Positions 1 through 13,837 of a stretch of 64,000 nt of DNA are shown here, in pieces; position 1 is the stretch's first letter; every line of letters starts with the position of its first letter. A program made the translations under genes and the position numbers. The notes beneath the pieces are model-generated. The model had not been told where the DNA came from. It was given only the letters and a program-made list of their open reading frames with translations, and searched no databases. This stretch comes from Eledone cirrhosa (Eukaryota): positions 189,162,001 through 189,226,000 of the forward strand of contig OZ024741.1 of assembly GCA_964016885.1 (NCBI GenBank), given 5' to 3'.

Positions 1-664
1 GTGTGTGTTTGTATGCGTTTGGAAAAGAGGTTTTAAAAAAGATTTATTGCTTGTTGTTGAATAAATGTATCTGTTGCTTTTGAATAATTGTCGTTTCGTA
101 TGAAATGTAATAATTTGAAGTATAAAAGAGAAAGTAACAAAATGTGTGGGTTGTAGATAGAGGAGGTAAGCAGATGATATTATAGAGTAATACGGACAGT
201 ATCATCATCAAGCTTGGAAAGAGAAAGTAGCAGAAAATATGAAGTTGTATAGATTTTGAATGGTAGTGGAAAGAGTTTAGCAGTTTAAATGACAGAGAAA
301 AATCGTAAAATATTGAGTTTTATCTATTTTTTGCGTAATTGTGGGTGAAATTGAAAAAATGAGATGTGCCAAGACACAATGAAAACTATTTCGAATACTG
401 AATTGTAAATTTCAATTGAAGAAATTCTTTATCGTAGATTTCTATAAGAAAGGAGCATGACCACACACTGAGCTTTATAGATTATGATATACATACATTT
501 ATATTTAAGTGTGTAAGGAAGTTGACATGATTATTTATGTTTTTTTCTTTTCTGGTACAGAGAAAATTTGTACCAGATGTTATTATCTAGGGAGATTAAA
601 TATCACAACTCTGGCTGAAAGCTGACCAGGTTCTCAACCTCATGCAACACTAATGCAGGCCTGT

Positions 665-696
<32 letters not shown>

Positions 697-2026
697 ACGT
701 ATGCATGTATGTGTATGTTCGTATGTTTCATCACCATTGCTTCTTTTTGTTGTCATTTCTGTTGAAGTTGTTCTTGTAACTGTTGTCAAAGTTAAAGTCC
801 TTATGTTCATTTTCTTTGATTTCTTTTGTTTTTCTTTTATCTCCCTATGGAATTCGTTGATAAGCTTCTTTTATTTATTTTCTTCGTTTTCTTCATTCAA
901 ATGCATTCACACTGGCTGTCTAAGAGACGTACAAATATGACTTATAAAACTTACCAAACTAAAGGGGCTTCCAACGCCCCTCAAAGCTTCAAACACCCCC
1001 CCTAATGCCCCCTTGCTCCAACCCCCCCCCCCCCCCTGAAGCTCCGTAATGTAATGCTAAAGGGTTAAAGCATTTATATTTATCTAAAAACCTTCCATCA
1101 TAATTTCATGTTAGAACCTTTGTTATGTTGCATTCCAAATACCAACTTAATAATGAGAAATTTTATTATTTTATTAAATGCATTCAATTTCTTGATTATT
1201 TTCAAAATTATTTGAAAATTATAGGCTGAGTTTTTCATTAGAAATATGGTTATTAAAGGTTTAACCAGGGGTTACTTGTAGCTAAATAAGAACAACAATA
1301 ATATCAGTCTAGCTAAAAAAAAATCAGCAGAAAATATTAAAAAAAAGGAATTAATAAAGCTACTCTATGTATACATGTATCCTTAAGCAAGGCTTTCAGT
1401 GTACATCATAGAGTTGGAATTGGCATTATAACAGTCTGAGTTTTGGACATACAACACAGATAATATAGCATTGTAAATAGACAACTAAAGCTGGAATTGA
1501 ATGGAATTATATTAACCAGAATTTCTGTAGATAATTAAGTAGAATCTAAAGAATATTAGAGAAATTCTTCTCTTCTATGGATGCCATCAGTTTTGTATAG
1601 ATGTTTATCATGAATAATTTTTATGTTTAATATTTTTTTTTTCTTGTGTGTATGTATATGTGTGTGTGTTGTGTGCGTGATATCTTTTTTATTTTTTATT
1701 TTTTTCAAATTTCTTTCATGTAAAGGTCTGCATGACAATCAAGAAATATCAAAGACAGCACAATATTACACCATATATCCATTATTACATTATGTACTTG
1801 AATAAATTTGCCTAAGAATACGTGTACAATAACCACTATTATTATCTCTAATATTGACTTTTTGTTGTTGTATTACTAAAAGATGCTGGTTACATAGAAA
1901 TGGACTCAGATCATTTCCAAAACGATTGTCACTTTTTTTCCCTACAGATTCCACCATAATAAACTATTCTTGAAAGACAAACAAATATTCTTAACTTACT
2001 CTCTTTCTCTTTCTCTTTTCCAATAG

Positions 2027-2172
2027 AGCAAATCGATTCCATGTTCAGCTGACTTTTACTTGAGTAAGACTCTCGGTGAACCAATCAAAATACAAGCTTG
2101 GAACATCGCTGGATTACCATGTGATAATTTCTCTATTGAGAATGGTGTTATTGTAGCTAATTCTAGACGCTG
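2027..2172 (+). CDS. DNAH12: Axonemal dynein heavy chain (DNAH12-like), first exon in window
   Basis: Pyrimidine tract + caatag acceptor, tg|gtaagc donor; translates SKSIPCSADFYLSKTLGEPIKIQAWNIAGLPCDNFSIENGVIVANSRR(W), the post-stalk start of AAA5; not in ORF track. Confidence 0.93.
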
Positions 2173-2364
2173 GTAAGCTTCTCCCATACTGAAAATCTTT
2201 CATTTATTTTATCTTTGTATAAACAGCTTAGTAGAGACTTAATATCTTGGCATGACAAACATATTCTTTCGTCACTTTAATTAACTCACTTGTGTCCTTT
2301 CGATTGCTTTCATGCCACAGACAACTTTCTTTTCCTCTCCCAAGATTTTATCAGATTTTGTTGT

Positions 2365-2630
2365 TATTTATCATCATCATCATTGTCATCATTATCAATA
2401 TAAGTGTCATCATCATCATCATCATCATTGCCATCATCATCATTATCATCATAATTCTTGTCATCATCATATCATCATAATTGTAATTATCTTCATCATC
2501 ATCATACTGTCGTTATCATTATCATCATGATTGTCATCATCATCATAATTTTTATTATCATCATCATTACTATCATTTTCATAATTGTCATCATCACCAT
2601 CATAATTTGTATCATCATCGTCATCATCAC
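2365..2630. repeat. Degenerate (CAT)n trinucleotide tract
   Basis: Imperfect ATC/CAT repeats producing spurious poly-H/poly-I ORFs. Confidence 0.9.
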
Positions 2631-4314
2631 GGTGGTGTGATAGCTAAAATCAGTAGAGCATTGCAGTATTTTTTGTGTTCCTTTACATTCTAAATTCCAA
2701 TTTCCGCTATGATCAAATTTTACTTTCATCCTTCCAAGGATTGATAAAATAAAACACAAGTCAAATACTGGATCACATTTATCCAGGGCTTGTGTGTATC
2801 CATAGCATGGATCTGCACAAGGAAAATTCTTTTCAGGGGTGTATGTCTGGATAAGGATTATTGTGAAAGATATGCATGTAGGTCTCCTTGCTTCATGCTA
2901 CTGATGTTGTCCAAGGGAAAGACGAGAGCTAGTACAGCTAAGCAACAGTAAAATCACAAGTGAACACAGAATGCAAAGAGCTGGAAGAGACACCATAAAG
3001 TATGCCTGACATCAGTATGAGTGGCCAGTTTGAACAGAATTAGGTGAGAGAATTCTGGCCAGATACAGCCGGTTTAAATACTAGAGGGTTAAGGAAAAAA
3101 ACTGGATGTAAATATTTGGAAAAATGCCATAACATTGAAACTGAGAATAGCAATATTTTAGTATAATTGACAACAACAGTATGTAACAGGTTAAGGTTAG
3201 CATTGGATCATACCTGGAGTTACACAACAGCAACAATATTTCTGCTCCATACAGCAACACTAGGTCTGTTCCATAATAGCTGATCTGGGATTACATAACA
3301 GCAACAACTATGACATAGGAAGCTTGTTTCAACATTAGCATTACAGGGCCACATATTCTGAGTAATTTTTATAGTTGCTTGAACTAGCCTGAGTATCTGA
3401 CTGGTCATCAGCATCATTTTAGGTCCTCTTTTCCTTGCTTACATGGGTTAGATAGGTATTTTTCAGCACAGCATCACCTATTCATTGTGTAATATATCCA
3501 ATTCACAGTGAAGAATTGATGCTAGCTTTTGACTAGTTCTTTATTTATCAGCCCTCCCTCCAAAAAAGAAAGAATAATTGACCAAATTTACCATCATGGG
3601 ACTTGTACTCAAGATTACAGAGAACCCGAGCGAAGACTGCAAAACATTCTATTTAACAGATTCACTTCGTCATCATCATTTTATATTTGCTTTTCCTGTG
3701 AGTTAGGGTTGGACAAGCTATCACAGACTAAGTCAGTTCTCATTTAGAATTACAGCCTGTCTGAGGACCATGTCTTGCTGATGCATTTCGTTTTTGACAT
3801 GGTTTCTATGACTAGTTGCTCATTAACACTAACCATATTACAGTGTACTGAGTATATTTTATCAAGTCACCATGTACTGGGTGCATCTTACCATGACAAA
3901 AAGTCTTCACTAACTTATGTTGTCACAGTTTGGTTGCCAACAATTTACAAAGTGTACAGGGTGTATTTCATTCTGGCACAAACACTAGAGTGTATGTTGT
4001 TATGACTTTAGCATCAAAGAGGTTTTCATGCCCTACCAAGTCACCACTTTATGTCTGAAAATGCTTCCTATTTTGGTTCTCTACTGTATAGATCAAGCAC
4101 TGAATAGATTTAAATATTAAGAAATCAGATGTTGTAGTCACATAAGCTGTATATGAATTAAACAAAAGAGTAACATAACAGATAACCAACTGGAAGGTCA
4201 GCAGTTTCATCATCACTGTATTGTAGCTATATATCAATATATTTAAACTCTCAAAATTCCAGACTACATAACTCTAAATACTCATCATGAGATAGTATGT
4301 AGCTATGCTTAAAC

Positions 4315-4590
4315 CATTTCACTTTTAACATTCAAGACCATATAGTCAATAGGACCCATAATGTAGTGTACACCTTAGCTATATTTAAGACACTTTAATT
4401 TAAACCTTCCTGACCACACAGCTCTCAATAGGTCTCATAACTATATCTAAGACACTTCTTTAAATATTCCTGACCACACAGTCCTCAATAGGCACCATAA
4501 TGTAGAGTACATGATAGCTATATCTAAGACACTTTAATTTAAACATTCCTAACCACACAGCTCCCAATAGGTCCCATCAGGGAGTGTACA
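4315..4590. repeat. Degenerate 60-80 bp tandem repeat, about 3-4 units
   Basis: Recurrent ctatatctaagacacttt...ttcctgaccacacagct..caatagg. Confidence 0.7.
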
Positions 4591-5294
4591 TTGTTGCTGG
4601 TTACAGCTGCAGTACTGTGGAATTATAAACTGATTACTTGGTTTGCAAAGATGAATCTCAATCTTTCTAGAGCAAAAATGACCTTCAAAGGACTGGTGTT
4701 CTCTCTAGGGGGGCACTGCTCTCTCATCATATTAGCACTGCATGTAGTTGAAATTTAATGATTCTCTTTCCTACATATCTTTGGAATAAAGAAGGGATTA
4801 ATATGACCAACTCAACAGGAATGAGCTGATCATCATTACTATCACAACCACCACCATCATCATCAACATCACCATTATCATTACTGCCATAACCATCCTC
4901 ACCATCACTACAACCAATATCATAATCCCCACCAACAACAACACCTTCACCACCACCATCACACCATTATTACCATCATCATCATCATCAGCATCAATGT
5001 AAAGTCCACCTGCCCTTTGCTTGACAATGTAAACAGTCAAATTGAGAAAACAGCTATTTCAGTTGTCATCTAAAATTTCATTTTTAATATAAACATGTAC
5101 ACACTTATACACACAAACTCATACATTCACACATAACGAGCCCTAGATGAAATTCTGACACTAAACACTATACAGAATGTACTATATACAGGGTAATTTA
5201 CCATAGCCTCAGGTCAACCCATACCTTGTAAGGTCATAGTGCCAAAGTCACTATAAAATATTTCCAGCACATACTGTAAAGTGGTTGAATTTTG

Positions 5295-5890
5295 AATTCC
5301 ATGCGTCTAACACACATGGGCATGCCTACAAAGTCAGAAACTCCCATGACTTTCGGAAACATTTTTTCACGCTCAGAGTTGCTGAAGCATGGAACAAACT
5401 ACCTGCATCAGTTGTTAGCTGCTGAGACACTGCATCTTTTAAAACCTCCATGCTTCCTGAAATTCACCAACACTACACCTGATATCCCCCCTCCATATAC
5501 ACGCACACATGTATATCATGACTCATACACTGTTCACTTTCCTGACATTTGTAGATTATTCTATGTACTATACATGCTGGCCTCCTCCAAGGTATATCTC
5601 GTTGGAGGTGTCTTGGGTGATTTAATGATAGGGACCCCAGTCCTATCATCTCATTTCTACAGCTGAGTAAGCTGGAGCAATGTGAAATAAAGTGTCTTGC
5701 TCAAGGAAACAACACATCACCCAGTCCAAGAATTGAACCTTTCGATTACAAGCCCAATGCTCTAACCACCAAGCCATGAGCCTTCACCTAAACCTGCATA
5801 GGTGTGAGCTGTCACACACACGCACATGCACCTGTGATGAGTTGTAGTGCACCTGAGCACTGTACACAATAATTTGATTATTATTATTCA
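5295..5890 (+). mobile_element. CR1-type LINE 3' fragment interrupted by a CORE-SINE (about 5627-5785, - strand)
   Basis: Matches 18230-18580 (acgctcagagttgctgaagcatggaacaaactacctgc...; gagttgtagtgcacctgagcactgtacacaataat). Confidence 0.8.
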
Positions 5891-6329
5891 TGAAGGACAT
5901 CCAGCTGTAGAAACCATGCTGCCAGTACATTTTATTACAGAGGGTACCCTGCCATGGAAATTTAAGCCAAAAATTGAACATATGAATAAAGCATGTAAGC
6001 ACCTGACAAGTCGAGCTTAAGAATGAGATAACCTCTAACCCATGCAATCATAGAAAATAGATGTTAAATGGTGATGATGATGATGATAGAAACTGTTTGG
6101 AAATGCATCGGTTAGATTGTACCTGTAATTCAAATGGCCAGCCATGTTACATACTGTGTCATATTAGTTTCCCTGAGAATTATATTTAGGGCACCATGCC
6201 TGTGGAATGCTCAGCCACTTACATGTTAATTTAACAAGCAGGTTGTTCTATTGGTCAAACGGCTGGAACACTCATCATTGATACCAACAGAGATCTATTC
6301 CATACATATATATATATATTTCATTTTCA

Positions 6330-6655
6330 TTTCATTTTACGTCTGCTTTTCCCTGCTTGCAAGGGTGAGACGGGAACTGATTCTGGCTTGATTTCTACAG
6401 CTGGATGCCCTTCCTAACACCAACCTCATTTACAGTGAGGGCTGGGTGCTTTTTTGCCGTGGCACCTCCACGACCACTTTACAGTGGAATGATAGGGACC
6501 CCAGTCCCTATCATCTCATTTCTACAGCTGAGTAAACTGGAGCAATGTGAAATAAAGTGTCTTGCTCAAGGAAACAACACATCACCCGGTCTGAGAATTG
6601 AACTCACAAACTTTCGATTGCAAGGCCAATGCTCTAACCACTAAGCCGTGTGCCT

Positions 6656-6657
<2 letters not shown>
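6330..6657 (-). mobile_element. tRNA-derived CORE-like SINE with RTE-derived tail
   Basis: Reverse complement of the 24817-25193 family: A/B boxes, ccttgagcaagacactt core, ...aagcagacgtaaaatg tail. Confidence 0.85.
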
Positions 6658-6716
<59 letters not shown>

Positions 6717-6736
6717 TACACACACACACACACACA

Positions 6737-7991
6737 CTAGCTGCAGTACCCGGTCATACCCAGGAAAGGTGGGGTTATTCGCAGTTCCCAGAGTGCGCCT
6801 CAAAATGCTATTGACCCTGGGTGCCCATACTGGATTTTCAATAGCAACATTTGCATGGTGTGATTATGGCAGATCAATTTTTTGTGTGGAACTATCAATA
6901 GCTGTTTAAGTCATAAGTCCTCCTTCCATCTAGCTTTCTTCATTCAGAGTGACTAAACCGGGGACGTTTGAGCTCTAAGAGTATCGAACTTATTCAACAG
7001 ACTTCTGTATGAGAATAGCAAACTTACTGCCTTAGCGCACAAGAACAAACACAGAACAATTGAGGAAGTCATCGCAATTATTGAAGAAATTATAACCGAG
7101 TGAACATATTCAGGTACTGTTCAAGCACCCTATATATCACCATCTGTAAAGCCCTTCAAATGACTGAAGCAATTTAATAAAACCATCCCCTTTTCCCCCC
7201 TACAATAGACATAACCCAAAAAAGCACACCATTATAAGTCGGATAAACAATCAGAAGTGCTGGCTCTAAAGAGGGCCTTGTAACATTCACTGTTGCAAAG
7301 TGTCAATAATGGAGGAGAAGTTACATCTTCTTAATTCGTGTTAATCTTGACACGATCCGACACATCGAAATATCGACAAAATAAACTCTACTCTCAAAGA
7401 CGGCATGTTACAATTAACATGCCGGGAGTATGAATATTCGCCAACATATGATTTGGGTTTTATTCTTCGGACTAATCTCATGGCGAGCCAACTTCCAGGT
7501 CATTGATCATCACACTTTTTTGTAACTTATCACCGATTCCTGCAGTTGACCTTAATGTGACCTAAGCATGTGCACGTGTTCAGAATCCATATCAGTGGAT
7601 GTGATATATATATATATATGTATACACATACGGAGACATCTGTTCAGTCGTCAACCAAAATTAGATTGCCGTCTGCTTTGTTTGAAATTTCTTTATGTAT
7701 GTTGCCTCGATTTGGAGGACTGAGTTGTGGGAGGAGGAGGGGAGTAGTGGGAGGGAGGGTTTAACATACAGTAGTAGTATCTCCTCTTCCTCTTCTCTCA
7801 CTGAAACATCTTCTCTTTCCTCCTCCATTGTAAAGATGTCCCCAGGGGTTCCATTATTGAAATCCAATTAGCCAGTCCTGTTTCTGAATATTAGCTTAAC
7901 ATGTGTGTAAAGTTTTATAAGGATCAGATCACTGGTGTAGGCACCAACTGGTTGGTTACACACAGACAGAAATTGCCATTTATATAGTAGA
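6737..7991 (-). mobile_element. Non-autonomous Helitron, about 1.25 kb
   Basis: On - strand begins A|TCTACTATATAAATGGC..(ctgtctgtgtgt) and ends with imperfect GC hairpin + CTAG|T; same end architecture as 57265-57853 and 61503-62146. Confidence 0.6.
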
Positions 7992-8034
7992 TATATATAT
8001 ATACACACACAGATATATGTACACATACAAACAG

Positions 8035-8117
<83 letters not shown>

Positions 8118-8816
8118 TATATATATGCAAATATATATGGAAAAGAGGAAAGAAAATGTGACTGTGGTCCTGTCTCTAATTTGTACTCCTGAAGAGGAGC
8201 TTAAGCCTGATGCGTCAAACTTTTTTTCCTCTTCCATATAAAGCATGAAACTATAATACATTTTGTACCTCTGTTTGTCGCTTCCTTTAACTATGTATAT
8301 ATAAATATACATGGAGTGTATATCTATTATGCTAATATATAATGAATATATATAAATCCTGTTTTGGGTATTTTAAGCTGTGATCAGAAATACTAGTATT
8401 TAGCATTCTCACATGGTTACTAAGGCAGCTGTGTCATGATCATAGCTTAGATACTCACATAAGGACTTATGTATGTTTAATATCCATAAACATATGTCTC
8501 TATTTAGAATCATACTTAGTACTATTGCTAGTTAATACTCACCCATCAAGCCTGCACTATATGAAATGAGCATCTCCATATATGTATTATTTTCAAGATC
8601 TATATATAGGCTATTAACTTCCTTACCTCGTACCGAGTAAGTAGATGTTGATGATGATGGATAAAGATCTTGAAATACTAGAATCTAGCACGCTCAGATG
8701 GTTAGTGAAATTAAGATAATCATAACAAGACTTATGGATGTTTATTATACACAAACATATTGTATATGATTCCATATATGCCTCTATTCTGAATCACACT
8801 GTTACTGGTATTACTT

Positions 8817-8850
<34 letters not shown>

Positions 8851-8853
<3 letters not shown>

Positions 8854-9293
8854 AAAGTTTTATTTAAAATTGTTGGGTTACAACGAGTAAATATTTTATA
8901 ACTGATATAAAGCACTCAACAAGTTTTGGAGTAGATATACGATATTAAACAAATGGAAACTATATTTATAAAACCATATTTATTTCATTATACATATTTC
9001 AGGGATACCATATTAGAAATATGGCATGCCTTCTTCAGATAAAATACAATATATAAGCAGTTTTATAAATAAATTTGACATACCATAAATATTGTTCAAC
9101 TTCCATTTAAAAAAGTTGGTTTTTTAAATGGAAGTTGAACAATATTTATGGTACGTCAAATTTATTTATAAAACTGCTTATATATTGTATTTTATCTGAA
9201 GAAGGCATGCCATATTTCTAATATGGTATCCCTGAAATATGTATAATGAAATAAATATGGTTTTATAAATATAGTTTCCATTTGTTTAATATC

Positions 9294-9299
<6 letters not shown>
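8851..9299. mobile_element. Penelope-like terminal sequence folded into a 180-bp-arm palindrome, in (TA)n
   Basis: Arms 8935-9114 / 9120-9299 with 5-nt loop gttgg and one mismatch seen; homologous to Penelope-associated end at 60610-60835. Confidence 0.8.
9188..9253 (+). ncRNA. Type I minimal hammerhead ribozyme (mirror copy on - strand at 8981-9046)
   Basis: tattttat-CTGAAGA-aggcatgccatatt/tct/aatatggtatccct-GAAA-tatgta-TA-atgaaata. Confidence 0.75.
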
Positions 9300-9342
<43 letters not shown>

Positions 9343-9473
9343 GAGGTATCCACGGTAAGTTGTGGGGACTATTCTGCATGAAGAACTTGATGTAATCCAT
9401 ATGTTGAAAATGTTGTAGGTTAAGATAAATCTCGGAAAACAATAAAACATTAAAAGGAAAACAGAGTCATGCT

Positions 9474-10014
9474 ATAAGTTAAAACAATGAAATAAAAAAT
9501 CAAGTCATTAGAGATATACTTCACTGCTTTACGATCGTTTCTAGATGATGATAATACATTGTAGCTATACTCAGTTATTGATCTATGTATGGTTAGTTAC
9601 AAACTATCAGATAAAGAGAATATTTACTTACATGCATATCACCAGCTGTTTTCAAAAGCAATAATAATTTTATTCAGAATTAGTAGTATGTTAGTACTAT
9701 GTCCTTATTTGGAGGTAGTTGAAGAACCAACGAATCAAATTGTTTTTTTCATATGGTGTTAAGATGAAAAGTAATACACTTTAGTTGAGGTCATGACCCT
9801 TTGAAAGGAATGGTTGAGTTTTAAGGTGAATATAAATTAAGGTTATGGCTAGGAAAGATAGTATATTAAAAGATGAAAATTATAATAAGATAATGATATA
9901 AACACTCATAAGATATAAATACTCATACACCTATACTCACATATACACACACACAAACACACATATATATATATATATACACATACACATACACATACAT
10001 ACACACATACATAA

Positions 10015-10057
<43 letters not shown>

Positions 10058-10083
10058 TAAATATATATATATATATATATATA

Positions 10084-10178
<95 letters not shown>

Positions 10179-11312
10179 CACACACATAAATATATTTCCA
10201 TATCATACATAGATATATATTTACTCATGCAATTACGGGTGGTTGTGTATCTTGTTGCCTTTAGTCATTAACGCATAAATCTACGGAAGCTAAAAAAGCT
10301 AAAACATTAAAAGGCAAAAATAAGCATGAATGCATATAATTAGGGGAAAGCGGTACTAATAAATGTTATTCTATATGGAATTATAGTGAGTTGCTATTTA
10401 GAATATTTAATTAGGTTTATAGTATTTAATTAGGTTTATAGTATTTAAATGTTCTTCGTATACAGAGATTACAAACTCTGATCAATTCCTGTCTTTTATT
10501 TAATAAATCATCCTTAGATTTAGTAATTTCCAAGATCTCCCCTGAACATAATCTGCATTCCCTCCTGTTTCCAAGATATGGAGTTCTTTGTAGAATAGTG
10601 TTCCACGATAACTTGAAATCTATTTTTTCTTTTTATAATTATTTACTGCTTCAGCTAAAGATGTGGTGTTCGCTAGTTTAGTATTGTTGAAACTACTAGA
10701 GTGTGCGTAAAATCTTTTCTTAAATGTGTTTGATGTATATCCTATATATGTTTTGTTGGAGTCTGTAGCAGACACAGTGCATTTATATATTAAATTATTA
10801 ATCAAACAGTTTCCATTTAAGGGGCAAATGCTTCTATTTCTGCAATTACAGCCATACATAAGATGTTTGTTGGGGTGCCTATACTATTCTCATTAATCCT
10901 TGAGCTATTCCTATTGTAATTAATGTTAGCAGGAGAATGAAGGTTGCTTTGTGGGTGGTTTGGTGCTAGGGTTGTATTGTGATTTTGTGTTCTGTTGTTT
11001 TGGGTGGTTGTGTTTTCTAGGTTGAACAATTTGATTCGTTAGTTCTTCAACTACCTCCAAATAAGGACATAATACTAACATACTACTAATTCTGAATAAA
11101 ATTATTATTGAATAAAATTATTATTGCTTTTGAAAACAGCTGGTGATATGCATGTAAGTAAATATTCTCTTTATCTGATAGTTTGTAACTAACCATACAT
11201 AGATCAATAACTGAGTATAGCTACAATGTATTATCATCATCTAGAAACGATCGTAAAGCAGTGAAGTATATCTCTAATGACTTGATTTTTTATTTCATTG
11301 TTTTAACTTATA
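9474..11312 (-). mobile_element. Penelope-like element remnant with GIY-YIG endonuclease and inverted terminal copy
   Basis: ORF 10620-10859(-) CNCR..CPLNGNC..NLIYKCTV...TYIGYTSNTFKKRFYAHSSSF; about 270 bp inverted repeat 9474-9745 vs 11025-11312. Confidence 0.8.
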
Positions 11313-11475
11313 TATATACATATACATGGTGTCACACTTTATAACTGTTCTGTTTACTCTGGACCTAATATTTTTAACTTTTGCTCTATTGAGTACTTTG
11401 TGATTGCCTCAAACAAATCGAATGGTACTTGCTGTGCAATAGCTAAAACCTCGATTTATACCTATTATATATATG

Positions 11476-13583
11476 ATAAGCTACAGGAGAGGTTCACAGT
11501 GGAAGTGAGAAACAGGTTTAGTGCTCTGTGTGGAGAGTCAGAGGAGAGAGAGATTGGATGGACTGAGGAGAGTGTGACGAGGAGGTACGGGCACTTCACC
11601 AATGCAGTGGCGAAAGCAAGTGAAACCCTGGTGCCGAGGAAAAAGAACAAAGGGAAGCACGTCAGCTCTGCAGACCCAAAAGTGTGTGCAGCCAGAGAAC
11701 ACCTGAAAGCTGCCAGGGACCAATTCTATGCTGATCCTACGGAGGAGAGGATGGAGACTGTGGAGGTGATGAGGGAAGAGCTCTGTACCGCTTACACTGA
11801 GGTCAGAGAGGAGGCACTGATAGAGAAGATCAGAAGTGTGGAGAGAGCGGTTGACAGATCTGGATGTAAGGAGAGCTGGATGATCATCAACGAGATCACA
11901 GGGAGGAAGAAAAGGTGTTCGAGTCAGATCCAGTGAACGGGGCCCGAGGATAGGAAGAGGAAATGGCTAGACCATTTTAGGACACTACTAGAGCCACCCT
12001 CCACAGCCCAGAGCACTGGGGAGATCAGGCGGCTGTTTGAGGAACTGGATGTTGAGACAGAGCCCTTCACCAGAGAGGAGCTTCAGAGAGCCAAGAAGAA
12101 GATCAAGGAGGGCAAGGCTCATGGAGAAGATGGAGTAGCATCAGAGGTGATGAAGTGGTGTGATTTTGATGATATCATCCTGGGGTTCTGTAACGGGGCA
12201 CTGGAGAAAGGAGTTGCCCCGAATCAGTGGAGGATCAGTAACATCGTCCCAGTGCCAAAGAAGGGAGATCTCTCTAACACCAACAACTACCGAGGGATCT
12301 CACTGACGTCACTTGTGGCAAAGACCCTCAACAGGATGATTCTTAACAGGATCCAGCCTGAGATGGAGAAGAAGCTCAGGGACAACCAGAACGGCTTCAG
12401 AGAGGGTAGATCAACCACCAGTCACATCCTGATGCTGAGGAGGATATTAGAGGGAGCTAGAGCAAAGTGCCTTCCTGCGGTCATGGTTTTCATTGACTTT
12501 AGGAAGGCCTTTGATTCTGTGGACCGTTACTGCCTGATGAAGATCTTACAGGCTTATGGAATCCCCAAGAGGATAGTGGACCTGATATCACTGCTCTACA
12601 CCAACACCAAAGCCCAAGTCATTACACCTGATGGGATGACAGAGTTCTTTGAGATACTGGCTGGAGTGCTCCAGGGAGATACATTGGCTCCCTACCTTTT
12701 TATCATCGTAGTGGACTATTGTATGCGCCTTGCACTGGAGAAACACCAGGACTCTGGCTTTACTGTAGCACCGGCTCAGAGCAGGAGAGTTGGGGCGAAA
12801 AGGGTATCGGATGCTGAATTTGCCGACGACATAGTTTTGGTGACAAATACAGTGAAGGAGGCAGAGGATTTGATGCGGGAGGTTGAGACTGTGTCGATGA
12901 GTGTGGGGCTGAGAATGAATGAGACTAAAACAAAATATCTGGTAGAGAATGTTGAGAAGCCAGAGGGGATCACTAATGTAGGCGGGAAGCCGCTGGAATT
13001 GGTTGAGGACTTCCTGTATTTGGGAGCAAAGATTGGGAATACGGAAGATGATGTGGTTGAGAGGAAGAGCAAGGCCTGGGCGGTGTGCCACAGCTTGAGA
13101 TCGGTGTGGAAGTCGGACCTTCGTAGAGACCTGAAAGTCCGCCTCTTCATTGCTGTAGTGGAGTCTGTGCTGCTGTGTGGGTCTGAGACTTGGACACTGA
13201 CCAAGAGACTCACTCAGATGGTGGATGGGTGCTACACGAGAATGCTGAGGATGGCTCTGAACATTAATCAGTATACACTGAGGATGAAAAACTCAGAGCT
13301 GTATGGGAGCCTCCCAAAAGTCAGCACAAAAGTGACACAGAGGAGACTGAGGTTGGCTGGACATGCTCACCGACATCCAGAGTTGACATTGCACTCCGTG
13401 CTCCTTTGGGAGCCCCTACATGGACACACTGGAAGAGGAAGACCAAGGTTAACATATGTTGATGCCCTAAGGACAGACACTGGTCTGTTGGAGACGCAGG
13501 ACATGGCAGCGATAATGAGGGACAGAGACCGCTGGAGAGAACTCGTCCATGGATCTCGGGAATTTTACCCGCCTTAGATAGAT

Positions 13584-13585
<2 letters not shown>
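11476..13585 (+). mobile_element. 5'-truncated non-LTR retrotransposon (RTE-X-like) with intact RT domain
   Basis: ORFs 11400-11936 and 12147-13577 in the same frame, separated by one TGA; NYRGISL, QNGFR, FIDFRKAFDSV, GVLQGDTLAPYLF, FADD; stop runs into (TAGA)n/(TA)n. Confidence 0.9.
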
Positions 13586-13644
<59 letters not shown>

Positions 13645-13837
13645 ATGTGTATTGTATAATTATATTTATTCATATTTTTTTTTATGACCTTAGTGTTTTA
13701 GGAATACATGTATTTGCTAAGCTTTACCAAAGAAAAACATTTCTTTTTTTATGAATCTTGGCAAATATACACTTTATTAAAATACCAGAGTCATACTGTA
13801 ATGTCCATTTTTTCATATATTGTTACCTTTTTAACAG

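Noticed and set aside
561-630. Possible additional dynein exon after ttttctggtacag
   Set aside because: No frame gives dynein-like sequence expected upstream of SKSIPCS.
8189-8260. Hammerhead candidate CTGAAGA...GAAActataaTA
   Set aside because: Helices I and II do not close convincingly.
12588-13213. Antisense ORFs over the RT (also 50823-51488, 52564-52953, 54879-55760)
   Set aside because: Shadow ORFs of retrotransposon coding sequence.
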